From Parcubacteria bacterium C7867-007 (GTDB lineage Bacteria > Patescibacteriota > Minisyncoccia > Phycocordibacterales > Phycocordibacteraceae): DNA of 64,000 bases. A program made the translations under genes and the position numbers. Below, piece after piece: positions 28,225-38,252 of this stretch; positions within the stretch are counted from its first letter, which is position 1; each line of letters starts with the position of its first letter. The stretch is from positions 141,645-205,644 of the forward strand of contig LFCQ01000003.1 of NCBI GenBank assembly GCA_001189195.1, read 5' to 3'. The notes beneath the pieces were generated by a model. It had not been told where the DNA came from. It made no database searches and saw only the letters and a list, made by a program, of their open reading frames with translations.

Positions 28225-29016
28225 TTAGCAGCTTGTCACATTCTTCTGAATATATGCCATGGCATCATCTACGCTGTCTGTGAGGAAGTAGAGATCGAGG
28301 TCTGAAGCATCGATAGCGCCATGCTCAGCAAGAAGCTTTGTCTTGAAGAACTCTATGAGTGGCTGCCAGTACTCAACACCAAAGAGAACGATTGGAATAG
28401 GACGGATCTTTTTAGTCTGTACGAGTGTAATGATCTCTGTGAACTCATCGAGCGTGCCATATCCTCCTGGGAAGAAAATGTATACATCTGAAGAGTATGC
28501 AAGCATCACCTTACGTACGAAAAAGTGATCGAATGAAACAGTATCGGTAAGGTACTGATTGAGACCCTGCTTGATACCAAGATTAATGTTGAGACCAACA
28601 GAGGCACCCCCAGCTTGATGTGCTCCCTTGTTAGCGGCTTCCATGATACCGGCACTTCCTCCCGTAATAACTGCATATCCCGCCTTGGCGAGACGGCCTG
28701 CTAACTCGGTTGCTGCTTCATAGAAGACTGGTTCAAATGTCTGACGCGCCGTACCAAAGAAGCTTGCGGCAAGACCATACTTTCCGATGAGTTCGAAACC
28801 ACTGACAAACTCGGCCATGATCTTAAACACACGCCAACTCTCAAGCTGTGCTGGCTTGCACACTAATGGCTGATGTACCTCAGGTACCTCCCTCTTCCCT
28901 GTTTGGATTGCTTGGGCAAGTTTCTGTCCCATCACTTCGTGATGTTCTTCAAGCAACGGCAACACAGGCGGAACGACGCTCGGTTCCGTTTGTTCAGGCA
29001 CTAAATGTTCGTCCAT
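28225..29016 (-). CDS. LOG family protein (cytokinin riboside 5'-monophosphate phosphoribohydrolase-like, TIGR00730)
   Basis: PGGYGTLDE motif, GxGxxG-like AVITGGSAGIMEAANKG, and an N-terminal extension of about 75 aa. Confidence 0.78.
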   Translation of the reverse strand: MDEHLVPEQTEPSVVPPVLPLLEEHHEVMGQKLAQAIQTGKREVPEVHQPLVCKPAQLESWRVFKIMAEFVSGFELIGKYGLAASFFGTARQTFEPVFYEAATELAGRLAKAGYAVITGGSAGIMEAANKGAHQAGGASVGLNINLGIKQGLNQYLTDTVSFDHFFVRKVMLAYSSDVYIFFPGGYGTLDEFTEIITLVQTKKIRPIPIVLFGVEYWQPLIEFFKTKLLAEHGAIDASDLDLYFLTDSVDDAMAYIQKNVTSC

Positions 29017-29597
29017 GGTATCGAATACGTTTCAAACTCCGGTAATAGAGTTTTAGTATACGCCATGCGTGAGAACACTTCGGCATGGGATAACGCACCC
29101 GTGAGTGCGTTATGTGGTTTTGGTTCTTCAGGAATGCCGCAGTACTTCAGAACAGCATCTAAATTAAGAGCCGAGTGGTTATGCGCGGTTGGTGGTATGA
29201 CGCCGTTCAGCGTCATGTGAGTCCACGCAAGAGTGTGCACATCTAGGGTTCTTTGTGCGAATGCTGATTCCACTCCTGCACGACGTGCTGCGGCACGAAT
29301 AAATGAAGCGTCGAATGCAACATTCTGTGCGAGAAGGGTTCTGTTCTGTGGACGATCCATTGCCCATGCAATGAATGCAGTTACCAGCTCGGCTTCAGAC
29401 TTCTTAGTTGGATCTATTGCCTCTTCCTTACTAAAGCCATTCACGGCAAGTGCTTCATCTGTAATATGAGCACCGTCCCAGATACGGCATTCGTCATAGA
29501 ACTGGTTAGAAGGGTTATCGGTATCAACGGCACCAATTGAAAGAATAGATGCCTTGGCAGGATCTATACCACTTCCCTCGATATCAACCGCGATCAT
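29001..29597 (-). CDS. DEDD-type 3'-5' exonuclease (DnaQ/RNase T-like)
   Basis: Exo I motif MIAVDIEGSGIDP (DxE), and a downstream YxxxD-like segment. Confidence 0.7.
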   Translation of the reverse strand: MIAVDIEGSGIDPAKASILSIGAVDTDNPSNQFYDECRIWDGAHITDEALAVNGFSKEEAIDPTKKSEAELVTAFIAWAMDRPQNRTLLAQNVAFDASFIRAAARRAGVESAFAQRTLDVHTLAWTHMTLNGVIPPTAHNHSALNLDAVLKYCGIPEEPKPHNALTGALSHAEVFSRMAYTKTLLPEFETYSIPWTNI

Positions 29598-29618
29598 TCC
29601 CTAAGTATACCAATCTCT

Positions 29619-30020
29619 CTAGAGCCCCTTACAGTTCTTGGCTGCTCGATATCCTGCCGCTTCTGCCTCAGCCCGTGATGCAAAGGTTACAAGTTTTTCA
29701 GGAGTGATACGCTTTGCTGCTGAACACGTTGGGAGGTAGTAGACCTCACCTGTTTTAGACGCAACCACAATCCCGTCAACAGGAGCAGCTGGTTTAGGCG
29801 CGATAGCTGCTGCAGCGGCTGCAGCCTGAGTGGGTATTCCAGGGACAGAGCTAGTAGTGGTCGCTGGACCTATTCCCCGCTGCTCTGGAGTGAGGTTTTC
29901 GATCCAAAGCTGATCCTGCTGTGCCCCATTTTCCCGTTCGATCAGTATTCCTAAACCTATACCACTGAGAATGGCTAAGATGAGAGCCCCAGCCCAAAAA
30001 GCATCCTTTGGGATCCTCAT
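29619..30020 (-). CDS. membrane-anchored protein with an Ada-like Cys4 metal-binding C-terminal domain
   Basis: Start at MRIPKDAFWAGALILAILSGIGLGIL with GGGGAG RBS. The C-terminal segment KTGEVYYLPTCSAAKRITPEKLVTFASRAEAEAAGYRAAKNC resembles the Ada N-terminal zinc-binding domain pattern. Confidence 0.45.
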   Translation of the reverse strand: MRIPKDAFWAGALILAILSGIGLGILIERENGAQQDQLWIENLTPEQRGIGPATTTSSVPGIPTQAAAAAAAIAPKPAAPVDGIVVASKTGEVYYLPTCSAAKRITPEKLVTFASRAEAEAAGYRAAKNCKGL

Positions 30021-30115
30021 AGCGAGCTCCCCTACCCTACTGGCCAGGGAACGGCCTGAACCCTTGTCTGGTGCCTGAGGTTCTGCTATAGTCATGAGAC
30101 TAAAGAATAGCATCT

Positions 30116-30397
30116 ATGGCACATACAAAGGCTGGAGGATCAACAAAGAACGGACGCGACTCAAACCCTAAATTCCTCGGGGTGAAGCTCGCTGCAGGCC
30201 AGGAGGCACGTCCAGGCATGGTTATCGTACGCCAGCGCGGTACCAAGGTTATGGCAGGTCAGAACGTGAAGGTCGGAAAAGACCACACACTTTACTCTAT
30301 GATTTCGGGTATCGTCTCTTTCCGCGACAAGCGTAAGACCAATTTTGATGGTCGTGTGGTACGCCGTAAGGTGGTAGACGTCCTCGCTTCCGCATAA
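30116..30397 (+). CDS. rpmA: 50S ribosomal protein L27
   Basis: [24 protein letters not shown]...IVRQRGTK...GKDHTLY is the canonical L27 sequence. Confidence 0.92.
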   Translation: MAHTKAGGSTKNGRDSNPKFLGVKLAAGQEARPGMVIVRQRGTKVMAGQNVKVGKDHTLYSMISGIVSFRDKRKTNFDGRVVRRKVVDVLASA

Positions 30398-30421
30398 GGA
30401 AAACCTGGAGTTTTAGTCAAA

Positions 30422-30465
30422 AAGACCCCTGTCTCAATACGAGACAGGGGTCTTGACTCTTTGTC
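30422..30465 (+). terminator. terminator hairpin after rpmA
   Basis: 14-bp stem aagacccctgtctc/gagacaggggtctt with loop aatac, and a weak T tract. Confidence 0.6.
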
Positions 30466-30545
30466 AAGAATGTGATAATCTCCTGCCAGAACCCGGAATG
30501 TGCGAATTCCGTCAGTGGTTCTTTGCAAACCAAAATAGGTGTCTA

Positions 30546-31754
30546 ATGCAAAGTGTCCGAAACTGGTGGACGCTAGCTTTCAGCGTCTTCACCCTCATCC
30601 TGATGCTAAGCCTTCCCGGCTTGGCAGAAGCCAAAGATCTCGGTCCAAACGGCCTCAGGGCCGCCTGCACCACCGACCTGCTCAAGCACGTCGGCATGAA
30701 TAACGAGGAGGCCAGACGCCTTCCCGTTGGATTCAAGGTGAGCTACATGAACCGGGAGTTCAAGCTCACCAAGAGTCCGCCGAAGTCCCTCTGGGGCGTC
30801 TGTGAGATCCTCGTCAAAGACGGGGTCTACACCAACGCGAACGTCTTGCATAGCACTGCACCGGCGAAGCCTCCGATTCCGGAAGCGAAGCCTGTGCCTG
30901 CTCCCAAGCCGCCCGTGGCCGCAACGCCGCCGGCACCTGAAGCTGCTCCTGTGGCGCCTTCTCCGCCGAAAGCCGAAACGCCCGTCGCTGAGCCGCCCAA
31001 AGCAGCAAAAGCGCCGGAACCGACGGCTGACACGCCGCCTGTATACGGATCGCCCACCATCGTCGACAAGATGTGGTTCGCGACCCGTGACTTCTTCGGT
31101 GGACTGAACGATTGGCGGAAGCAACATCCCGTCATCGCATCGTCCATCGGAATACTGATCATTCTGATTCTGATCGGTCTCTTCTTCTTCATAAAATGGC
31201 GGGGCGAAGGTTCGGCTGAAACTGATGAGGAAGATGAAGATGAGGTGGAGCAGACTCACGATGAGAACGCTCCTGACTACGTCGACTACGAAACCATACT
31301 CCCGATTGCCGCAGCTGAAGAAGCTGCACTCGAACAACCGCCGATCCCGCACTACATGGTGCTCTCGGACGACGAGTTCGAGAGACAAGCCGTGGCTGCA
31401 GGTTTCGGTCCCAAGGCATCCGAAACAACCCAGAAGCGCTATCGCGCAGGGCTCGCTGTGATCGGTTTCCGTCCGGACAAGGAGGAAGCCCAACGACGAG
31501 GAAAGCTCGTCGACTCGCGCAGCGTGGAAGAGGAGTTCGATTTCCAGGACGCTAACGACAATGACGAAGTCACCACCGAAGCTCCTTCGATCGAACCCTT
31601 GCCTGATCTACCCCCTCTCACCGATCAAGAGCGGGCGGCGATCGGCGAAGACCTTGCTGCTGCCAGAATGATCGTCAACGAACATAAGGCCGCAACTCGC
31701 GGTACCGGTGTTCCGGAACCGTTTTCCGACAAGCTGGCCGGCAAGCCCATCTGA
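30546..31754 (+). CDS. GC-rich (~60%) single-pass membrane protein with a Pro/Ala-rich linker and an acidic C-terminal tail
   Basis: Start at MQSVRNWWTLAFSVFTLILMLSLPGLAEA (signal peptide). A PAPKPP/PEA-rich linker, TM helix VIASSIGILIILILIGLFFFIKW, then a D/E-rich tail. Confidence 0.55.
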   Translation: MQSVRNWWTLAFSVFTLILMLSLPGLAEAKDLGPNGLRAACTTDLLKHVGMNNEEARRLPVGFKVSYMNREFKLTKSPPKSLWGVCEILVKDGVYTNANVLHSTAPAKPPIPEAKPVPAPKPPVAATPPAPEAAPVAPSPPKAETPVAEPPKAAKAPEPTADTPPVYGSPTIVDKMWFATRDFFGGLNDWRKQHPVIASSIGILIILILIGLFFFIKWRGEGSAETDEEDEDEVEQTHDENAPDYVDYETILPIAAAEEAALEQPPIPHYMVLSDDEFERQAVAAGFGPKASETTQKRYRAGLAVIGFRPDKEEAQRRGKLVDSRSVEEEFDFQDANDNDEVTTEAPSIEPLPDLPPLTDQERAAIGEDLAAARMIVNEHKAATRGTGVPEPFSDKLAGKPI

Positions 31755-31816
31755 GCCCTAGGCTCACTCGCAGACACCTATTTCGCAGCATAGAGCTGCA
31801 CTCGCACACAAAGAAG

Positions 31817-31852
31817 GCGACGCTCCCCCGTGGGACCGTCGCCTTTTCTTAT
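31817..31852. terminator. bidirectional terminator hairpin between convergent genes
   Basis: ggcgacg-(14 nt)-cgtcgcc followed by ttttctta on plus. A T tract is also present on the minus side. Confidence 0.6.
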
Positions 31853-31867
31853 ACCCTATGAGGAATA

Positions 31868-32293
31868 TTACTCAGCCTCAATTGAGATGGTGATGGAACC
31901 AAAGTTCTCACCGTATGCAACAGGGATATCAAATGATCCAAGTTCCTTGATAGGCTTCTCGAGCTTAATTGCTTCGAGGGGAAGCTTTGCCTCTTCCGCG
32001 ATCTCTTTTGCATCAACGGCATCATATAGGTGACCCTGTTCATTTGCCTTCTTTAGGATAGATACACGAGTCTCAGCGAGTGCTGAAAGGCGCTCTTCGA
32101 TAAGCTTTGCTTCAACAGAGCGCTTCTCATCAGACTGCTGTTTAACACCTTCAGCGCGCTTGATAGCTGCAGGGGTGGCAAGAACGGCAAGACCGCGTGG
32201 AATAAGCATGTTTAGACCATGTCCATCAGACACATCTAGCACGCTGCCTGCACGGCCCATATCACGAACATCTTTGAGTAGTACGACTTTCAT
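31868..32293 (-). CDS. rplI: 50S ribosomal protein L9
   Basis: MKVVLLKDVRDMGRAGSVLDVSDGHGLNMLIPRGLA is the L9 N-domain signature. Start taken at MKVVLL. Confidence 0.85.
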   Translation of the reverse strand: MKVVLLKDVRDMGRAGSVLDVSDGHGLNMLIPRGLAVLATPAAIKRAEGVKQQSDEKRSVEAKLIEERLSALAETRVSILKKANEQGHLYDAVDAKEIAEEAKLPLEAIKLEKPIKELGSFDIPVAYGENFGSITISIEAE

Positions 32294-32379
32294 ATAGGTG
32301 TATCCTAGCGTTTTGCGGCCCATCCCGCAACCCACCGTAGTTGACAATATACTTATATATTTCTTATTTACATTCCGGG

Positions 32380-33672
32380 TTAAGAGCCGGTATTGAGGAA
32401 CAGAATTGCCCGATCCATCTGTGGATCCTTGTCTGCTTTAAAATCTTCAAAAGTGCGCTCCACTTTTATATCTGGCAGTACGCCTCCATTAGAGATTGAA
32501 CGACCTGAAGGGGTGAGCCAGCGTGCGATAGTCACTTTGAGTGATCCTTTTCCAATCTTAACGAGTTCCTGAACAGATCCTTTTCCAAATGAGTGGGTAC
32601 CAACAATCGTAGCGACTTTTGCATCCTGAAGTGCCCCAGCAAGAATCTCTGATGCTGATGCTGAACCTTGATCTTGGAGTATCACTACCTGTATGCCTGC
32701 AGGAACTCCTCCTGATCCACTGCTCTTGTGTACAATGTTCTCTTCCTTACCTTTATAGTCTTCCGTTACGATCGGGGTACCACTTGGAAGGAAGTGGCTT
32801 CCAATAGCTACCGCCGCATCCAGATACCCTCCTGGGTTACCGCGTAGATCAATGATGAGTTTCTTCGCTCCATTCTTACGCATGTCTGCAAGTGCTCCCT
32901 CAAACAGATCGGCGGAGTTGGCGGTGAAGGTGTAGAGCGCAATGGTATAGATACCTGTCTTAGCATCGTATTCAGTATCAATAGTTGGTACGTTGATCAC
33001 GTCTCGTACTACTGGTATTTCAAGTGTTCCCTCATCTCGATAAATCGTGAAAGTGACCGTGGTCCCCTTCTTTCCACGAATCTGTTGAACTGCTTCCTCA
33101 ACGGAGATGTTCTCTGTGGAGTTCCCATTAATTTCTATAATCAAATCACCGGGACGGAGTCCTGCACGCTCTGCAGGTGACTCCTTAAGGGGCGCAATGA
33201 TGGTGAGTACCCCTTCTTTGCTCAACCCAATCTCAGCACCAATACCATCAAAGTTTCCTGCAATGTCATCCTCGAAGATCTTTGACTCTTCTGGAGGGAA
33301 GAAGGTGGTATATGGATCTCCATAGGCGGTGGTGAGACCCTGAATAGCTCCCCATACAATTTCTTGCTTGGTAGGTGGTGTGCTGGTTGCGTGTGTTTCA
33401 ACAAAACGCGCATTAAGCACGTTATATACCTTCCAAAAATCAGTGAAGTCTATTGATTCATCAGGAGTTGCGCTAAGTCCGTCACCAATGAGGGGGATGT
33501 TAGAAAATACTCTGGTTCCTCCTGTTGAACCAACCGTTAGTCCTGCTGCAAATCCAAGTGCAAGCACCAATAGAATAATCAACACGTTCCGTACGGTACG
33601 TGTGTATTTCTTCTGCGGTGCAGGAGCAGCATCGAAGGCTGATTCGTCTTCGGTAAACGGCACTTCATCCAT
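32380..33672 (-). CDS. S41 carboxyl-terminal processing protease (PDZ domain)
   Basis: N-terminal TM, PDZ, and LIIDLRGNPGGYLDAAVAI S41 active-site region. Confidence 0.82.
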   Translation of the reverse strand: MDEVPFTEDESAFDAAPAPQKKYTRTVRNVLIILLVLALGFAAGLTVGSTGGTRVFSNIPLIGDGLSATPDESIDFTDFWKVYNVLNARFVETHATSTPPTKQEIVWGAIQGLTTAYGDPYTTFFPPEESKIFEDDIAGNFDGIGAEIGLSKEGVLTIIAPLKESPAERAGLRPGDLIIEINGNSTENISVEEAVQQIRGKKGTTVTFTIYRDEGTLEIPVVRDVINVPTIDTEYDAKTGIYTIALYTFTANSADLFEGALADMRKNGAKKLIIDLRGNPGGYLDAAVAIGSHFLPSGTPIVTEDYKGKEENIVHKSSGSGGVPAGIQVVILQDQGSASASEILAGALQDAKVATIVGTHSFGKGSVQELVKIGKGSLKVTIARWLTPSGRSISNGGVLPDIKVERTFEDFKADKDPQMDRAILFLNTGS

Positions 33673-33753
33673 AGCGGCAATGGTAGCATGTGACCACTTA
33701 AATCACGTGTGTATTAAACATCTATTCACACGTGTGCAGGCTATACTGTCTAC

Positions 33754-34671
33754 ATGCTTACTCGCCACACCCGCAACGGCGTCACGTGGGTTGATCTTGA
33801 ATCTCCAACTCGTCAGGAACTGCAGAGTGTTGTTGCTGAGTTCGATATTGATACACGTATTGAAGAGGAAATCATTACTCCTACCGCCTATCCGTTAATT
33901 GTTGCCTCTGAAAAGTACGTATATCTAATACTGCACTTCCCCACCACTGATCCCCGAGGAGGTGCAAAGAATCAAGAGATAGACTTCATTGTTGGAAAGC
34001 ATTTCATGATTACCGCGAGGTATGAAGTGATTGATTCCATTCATAATCTGCAGAAAGTATTTGAAGCAGAAGAGCTCCTTGGTCTTCCCGATAAGCATAC
34101 GAATGCAGAAGGGTTACTGGAGCGCCTGCTGCGCCACCTCTATGCCGCACTAGGCGAAGAAACAGAGCATGTGGCCCGCATGCTCGAACGTATCGAACAT
34201 GATATATACACCGGCAAAGAACGTGAGACTGTTATCAATTTATCTAAGGTTAGTCGTGTGCTTCTCCGCTTCGATACCGCACTCACGCGCCACTCTGATT
34301 CACTTACCAGCTTCCTCAACGAGCTCACTTCGCCATCATTCTTTGGAAAAGAATTTAGGGAACATATTAATCACATTGAGGCAGAGCGCAGTCACGCTGC
34401 AGGACTTGTATCAAACTACCGTGCCGTCACCACTGAACTTCGTCGCACCAACGACTCTCTCCTCACCACCAAGCAGAACGCCATTGTTACGCGCCTCACC
34501 ATCATGGCATTCGCAACGTTCCCCCTTACCGTTATTGCAGGTATCTTCGGTATGAATACCGTTAATATGCCATTCGTGGAGTCTCCATGGGGTTTCTGGA
34601 TCATCCTTGGCATCATGGCACTCACCGTTCTTGGCTTCGTATCATTCTTTAGGTTTAGGAAGTGGTTGTAG
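33754..34671 (+). CDS. corA: CorA-family Mg2+/Co2+ transporter
   Basis: Two C-terminal TM helices with the GMN motif (IFGMNTVNMPF). Confidence 0.82.
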   Translation: MLTRHTRNGVTWVDLESPTRQELQSVVAEFDIDTRIEEEIITPTAYPLIVASEKYVYLILHFPTTDPRGGAKNQEIDFIVGKHFMITARYEVIDSIHNLQKVFEAEELLGLPDKHTNAEGLLERLLRHLYAALGEETEHVARMLERIEHDIYTGKERETVINLSKVSRVLLRFDTALTRHSDSLTSFLNELTSPSFFGKEFREHINHIEAERSHAAGLVSNYRAVTTELRRTNDSLLTTKQNAIVTRLTIMAFATFPLTVIAGIFGMNTVNMPFVESPWGFWIILGIMALTVLGFVSFFRFRKWL

Positions 34672-34677
34672 AGGTAC

Positions 34678-35358
34678 ATGAATAAGAAGACACTTTCAAT
34701 CAGCACTATCGCTGTGTTGGCGATAGTGCTGCTATTTGTAATCGAGCAATTTATACAAGCGAGCTATGTTGTTAAGACGGGTTTGAAAGTTTTACTGCTT
34801 CTGATCATTCCGCTTGCATGGGCATTCATGTATGAACGAAGTCAGATTAGTACCATTCTTGGGCTTCGTACATTCAGAAGCAAAGAACTTCTTCCTGGTC
34901 TTTTGATTGGAGCAGGCTCATTTATCATTATCATTGCAGCATACGCGATACTTGGACCCTTTATTGATTTCTCAAACATCGCACACAATCTTGAGACTAA
35001 GCTTGGCATAAACGCTTCAAATTTCTTGTTTGTTGGTCTCTATGTAATATTCATTAATTCACTCCTTGAAGAATTCTTCTTTAGAGGGTTTATGTTCTTG
35101 AATCTGAAAGATCGCATTAGCGTGTGGACAGCGTACATACTTTCAGCGGGTGCATTTGCTATTTACCATGTCGCAATCATAAAGGGTTGGTTTAACCCAG
35201 CCCTTATGGCACTGGCCCTACTCTCCCTTTTTGTAATTGGACTTGTATTTAATAAATTGAATAGTCGGTCGGGACACTTCCTAAATTCCTGGATTGCACA
35301 CGCAATGGCAGACAGTGCAATAATCTTGGTTGGTTGCAGAATATTTGGAATATTATAG
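34678..35358 (+). CDS. CPBP/CAAX-family intramembrane metalloprotease
   Basis: EEFFFRGFM (EExxxR motif), FxxxH in AIYHVAII, and a second His in AHAMADS. Multi-TM. Confidence 0.72.
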   Translation: MNKKTLSISTIAVLAIVLLFVIEQFIQASYVVKTGLKVLLLLIIPLAWAFMYERSQISTILGLRTFRSKELLPGLLIGAGSFIIIIAAYAILGPFIDFSNIAHNLETKLGINASNFLFVGLYVIFINSLLEEFFFRGFMFLNLKDRISVWTAYILSAGAFAIYHVAIIKGWFNPALMALALLSLFVIGLVFNKLNSRSGHFLNSWIAHAMADSAIILVGCRIFGIL

Positions 35359-35395
35359 GTCTGAAAATGTAGCATGGATATGCTACCGTATACCC

Positions 35396-36877
35396 ATGTG
35401 GCCATTTCGTTCAGGTAAGCAGAGTGCTCTGTTGGAGACACCTATCTTTTTTACCAATACCCTCAGTGGCAAGAAAGAACTCTTTGCCCCCCTTCGTCCA
35501 GGAAATGTGACGATGTATTCATGCGGACCAACGGTATATAACCGTGCTCATATCGGTAACCTACGTCCATACGTGTTCTCAGATCTCATTGCACGAGTAC
35601 TCGAGCAACGCGGTTTTCGAGTACGTCGTGTAATTAATATTACGGATGTTGGCCATCTCGTTTCAGACGCAGATGATGGTGAAGACAAGATGGAGAAGCG
35701 TGCACGTGAGACCGGTGAATCTGCAGAAGATATTGCTGCTAAATATACTTCTCTCTTTCAAGAAGATATTGCTGCATTAAATATTGATACCGGTAGTATT
35801 CTCTTCCCTCGTGCAACACAGTACATCCCTGAACAGATTGCCATCATACAAACCCTTGAGAAAAAGGGTCTCACGTACCGCATTAGTGACGGTATATATT
35901 TTGATACCAGTATGTTTCATGGATATGGAAAGCTTGGCGGCATCCCCGTCTCCCACATAAAGGATGGTTCTGCAGCTTCGTTAGAAGACCGCATTGATCT
36001 TGCAGCGCGTGGACGCATTGCAAAGAATGATCAGAAGCGTAATCCTGCAGACTTTGCACTCTGGAAATCTTCTCCTGCCGGTATGCAGCGTCGACAGCAG
36101 GAATGGCAGAGTCCATGGGGTATGGGCTTCCCTGGTTGGCACATTGAGTGTTCTGCCATGAGCAAGGCATTGCTCGGTGAACAAATAGATATTCATACCG
36201 GAGGAATGGACCACATCCCCATTCATCACAACAACGAGATTGCACAATCTGAAGCAGCGAGTGGTCGAACCTTTTCTAGATTCTGGATACACAATGCCTT
36301 CCTCACTATGGAGCATGAAAAGGTTTCTAAGTCTTTGGGGAATGTTATTTATCTCTCAGAAATAATTGAAAAGGGATACGATCCATTAGCACTGCGCTAC
36401 CTCTTCCTACAAGCACATTACCGCAGCCCCGTCTCATTCACCTGGGATTCCCTTACCGCGTCTCATGAGGCATTGGTACGTCTCCGCAAAGGGGTTGCTG
36501 AACTTAAGGAGGCAGCAAAAGGAATAAGTGCCCCTTCTGAACTTCAAGACCGCATGATCACTCTCATGCGTGATGATCTAGGTACCCCCCAAGCACTTGC
36601 GCTTCTTTGGGAGACGGTTAAGGATGAAGACCTTCCACCAAAACAGGCCTGGGGAGTTGTTGAGGTGGCAGAAGCAGTACTTGGTCTCAATCTTATAGAG
36701 GGACAAAGCGCAACCGATATTCCTAAAGAGATCCAAGAACTCGCACAGAAGCGCCTACATGCTCGTCTTTCTGGTGATTATGCTGAGGCAGATCGGATTC
36801 GTATCCACATTGAAAACAGTGGATATCTTGTGGATGACACCCCTTCTGGGCCAGTGTTGACGAAGAAGCTCCGGTGA
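35396..36877 (+). CDS. cysS: cysteinyl-tRNA synthetase
   Basis: MYSCGPTVYNRAHIGN (HIGH) and KMSKSLGN. The exact start is uncertain; I chose the ATG at 35396. Confidence 0.83.
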   Translation: MWPFRSGKQSALLETPIFFTNTLSGKKELFAPLRPGNVTMYSCGPTVYNRAHIGNLRPYVFSDLIARVLEQRGFRVRRVINITDVGHLVSDADDGEDKMEKRARETGESAEDIAAKYTSLFQEDIAALNIDTGSILFPRATQYIPEQIAIIQTLEKKGLTYRISDGIYFDTSMFHGYGKLGGIPVSHIKDGSAASLEDRIDLAARGRIAKNDQKRNPADFALWKSSPAGMQRRQQEWQSPWGMGFPGWHIECSAMSKALLGEQIDIHTGGMDHIPIHHNNEIAQSEAASGRTFSRFWIHNAFLTMEHEKVSKSLGNVIYLSEIIEKGYDPLALRYLFLQAHYRSPVSFTWDSLTASHEALVRLRKGVAELKEAAKGISAPSELQDRMITLMRDDLGTPQALALLWETVKDEDLPPKQAWGVVEVAEAVLGLNLIEGQSATDIPKEIQELAQKRLHARLSGDYAEADRIRIHIENSGYLVDDTPSGPVLTKKLR

Positions 36878-36889
36878 TAGAATAGGGTA

Positions 36890-38251
36890 ATGTCTGACCA
36901 CCTCGTACGCATCCCGCCACAAAGCCTCGATGCAGAACGTGGACTTCTTGGTTCCCTTCTCCTTAAACCTGATGCTCTGCATGATGTCTCTGACATTGTT
37001 AAATATGATTCTTTTTATGCAGAGAAACACCGCATCATATTTGAAGCGATGCGTGATCTTTCAGATCGAGGTGATCCCATAGATATCCTCTCACTCTCAG
37101 AGCGTCTTGTTGCAAAGAGTGCTCTTGAACGTGCTGGCGGTCGTGCATACATTGCTGAACTGGCAAATAACGCACCGGCACCGGGCAACTACTCCCACTA
37201 CGCAGAGCTCGTCGCAAAGAAGCATGTGATGCGTGCACTTATTGATACTGCACATGAAATCACTGAGGCTGCATACGATGAAGGGCAAGAGACCGCTCAA
37301 GTGCTTGATAGCGCGGAGAAAGCAATCTACGCCATTGGTAACTCATCCTCCGCTCACAAGTTCGTAGCGATTGCTGATAAGTTGGATGCAACCTGGGATC
37401 GTATTGAAACCCTTTCCAAGAGTGATGGTGCTATTCGTGGTACTCCAACCGGGTTCCCTGAACTTGATACTCTGCTTTCTGGTCTCCATCCATCAGATCT
37501 CATCATTCTTGCCGCACGTCCTTCCGTTGGTAAGACGACACTCGCACTCGATATTGCGCGCAACACTGCCATTCGCCACGGTACCCCTGTTGGTATCTTC
37601 TCACTTGAAATGAGTGCGGAGCAGTTGATTGATCGTATGCTTTCTGCAGAGTCGTACGTTAATGCATGGAAGATTCGCACCGGTACCGTGAAGGCAGAAG
37701 AAGATTTTGCACGTATACGCGATGCGCTTGAATCCCTTTCTAAGGCACCGATCTACATTGATGATAAAGCGGGAAACAACATTCTTGCCATGCGTGCTGT
37801 TGCTCGTCGCCTTAAACGTGAACGAGGCATTGGTCTCATCATAGTTGACTACCTACAGCTCATGGCACCCACCAACACAAAGAACTCTGAATCTATGGTG
37901 CAGCAGGTTACGGAAATCTCACGTTCCCTTAAGTCTCTTGCACGCGAGCTTGAAGTACCGGTCCTTGCCCTCTCACAGCTCTCTCGTGCCGTGGAGCAGC
38001 GTGGTGGCAAGCCACGTCTTTCAGACCTTCGTGATTCGGGAAGTATTGAACAGGATGCGGACGTGGTGATGTTCATTCACCGTGAAGATAAGAATAATAA
38101 AGAAAGTGATCGGCCCGGTATCGCAGAAATACTTATTGAGAAGCATCGTAACGGACCAACTGGTTCTGTTGAACTCTTCTTTGATGACAAGCGTTCAACC
38201 TTCCAGTCTATAGATAAGTCTGGGTACGGTGAGTTTGCGAACGAATTCTAA
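36890..38251 (+). CDS. dnaB: replicative DNA helicase
   Basis: DnaB N-terminal domain, Walker A ARPSVGKTTLALDIA, and a RecA-like C-terminal domain. Confidence 0.9.
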   Translation: MSDHLVRIPPQSLDAERGLLGSLLLKPDALHDVSDIVKYDSFYAEKHRIIFEAMRDLSDRGDPIDILSLSERLVAKSALERAGGRAYIAELANNAPAPGNYSHYAELVAKKHVMRALIDTAHEITEAAYDEGQETAQVLDSAEKAIYAIGNSSSAHKFVAIADKLDATWDRIETLSKSDGAIRGTPTGFPELDTLLSGLHPSDLIILAARPSVGKTTLALDIARNTAIRHGTPVGIFSLEMSAEQLIDRMLSAESYVNAWKIRTGTVKAEEDFARIRDALESLSKAPIYIDDKAGNNILAMRAVARRLKRERGIGLIIVDYLQLMAPTNTKNSESMVQQVTEISRSLKSLARELEVPVLALSQLSRAVEQRGGKPRLSDLRDSGSIEQDADVVMFIHREDKNNKESDRPGIAEILIEKHRNGPTGSVELFFDDKRSTFQSIDKSGYGEFANEF

Positions 38252-38252
38252 T

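Noticed and set aside
30606-31493. 295-aa minus-strand ORF with Arg-rich repeats
   Set aside because: It is the antisense of the GC-rich Pro/Ala-linker gene. High GC inflates spurious ORFs.
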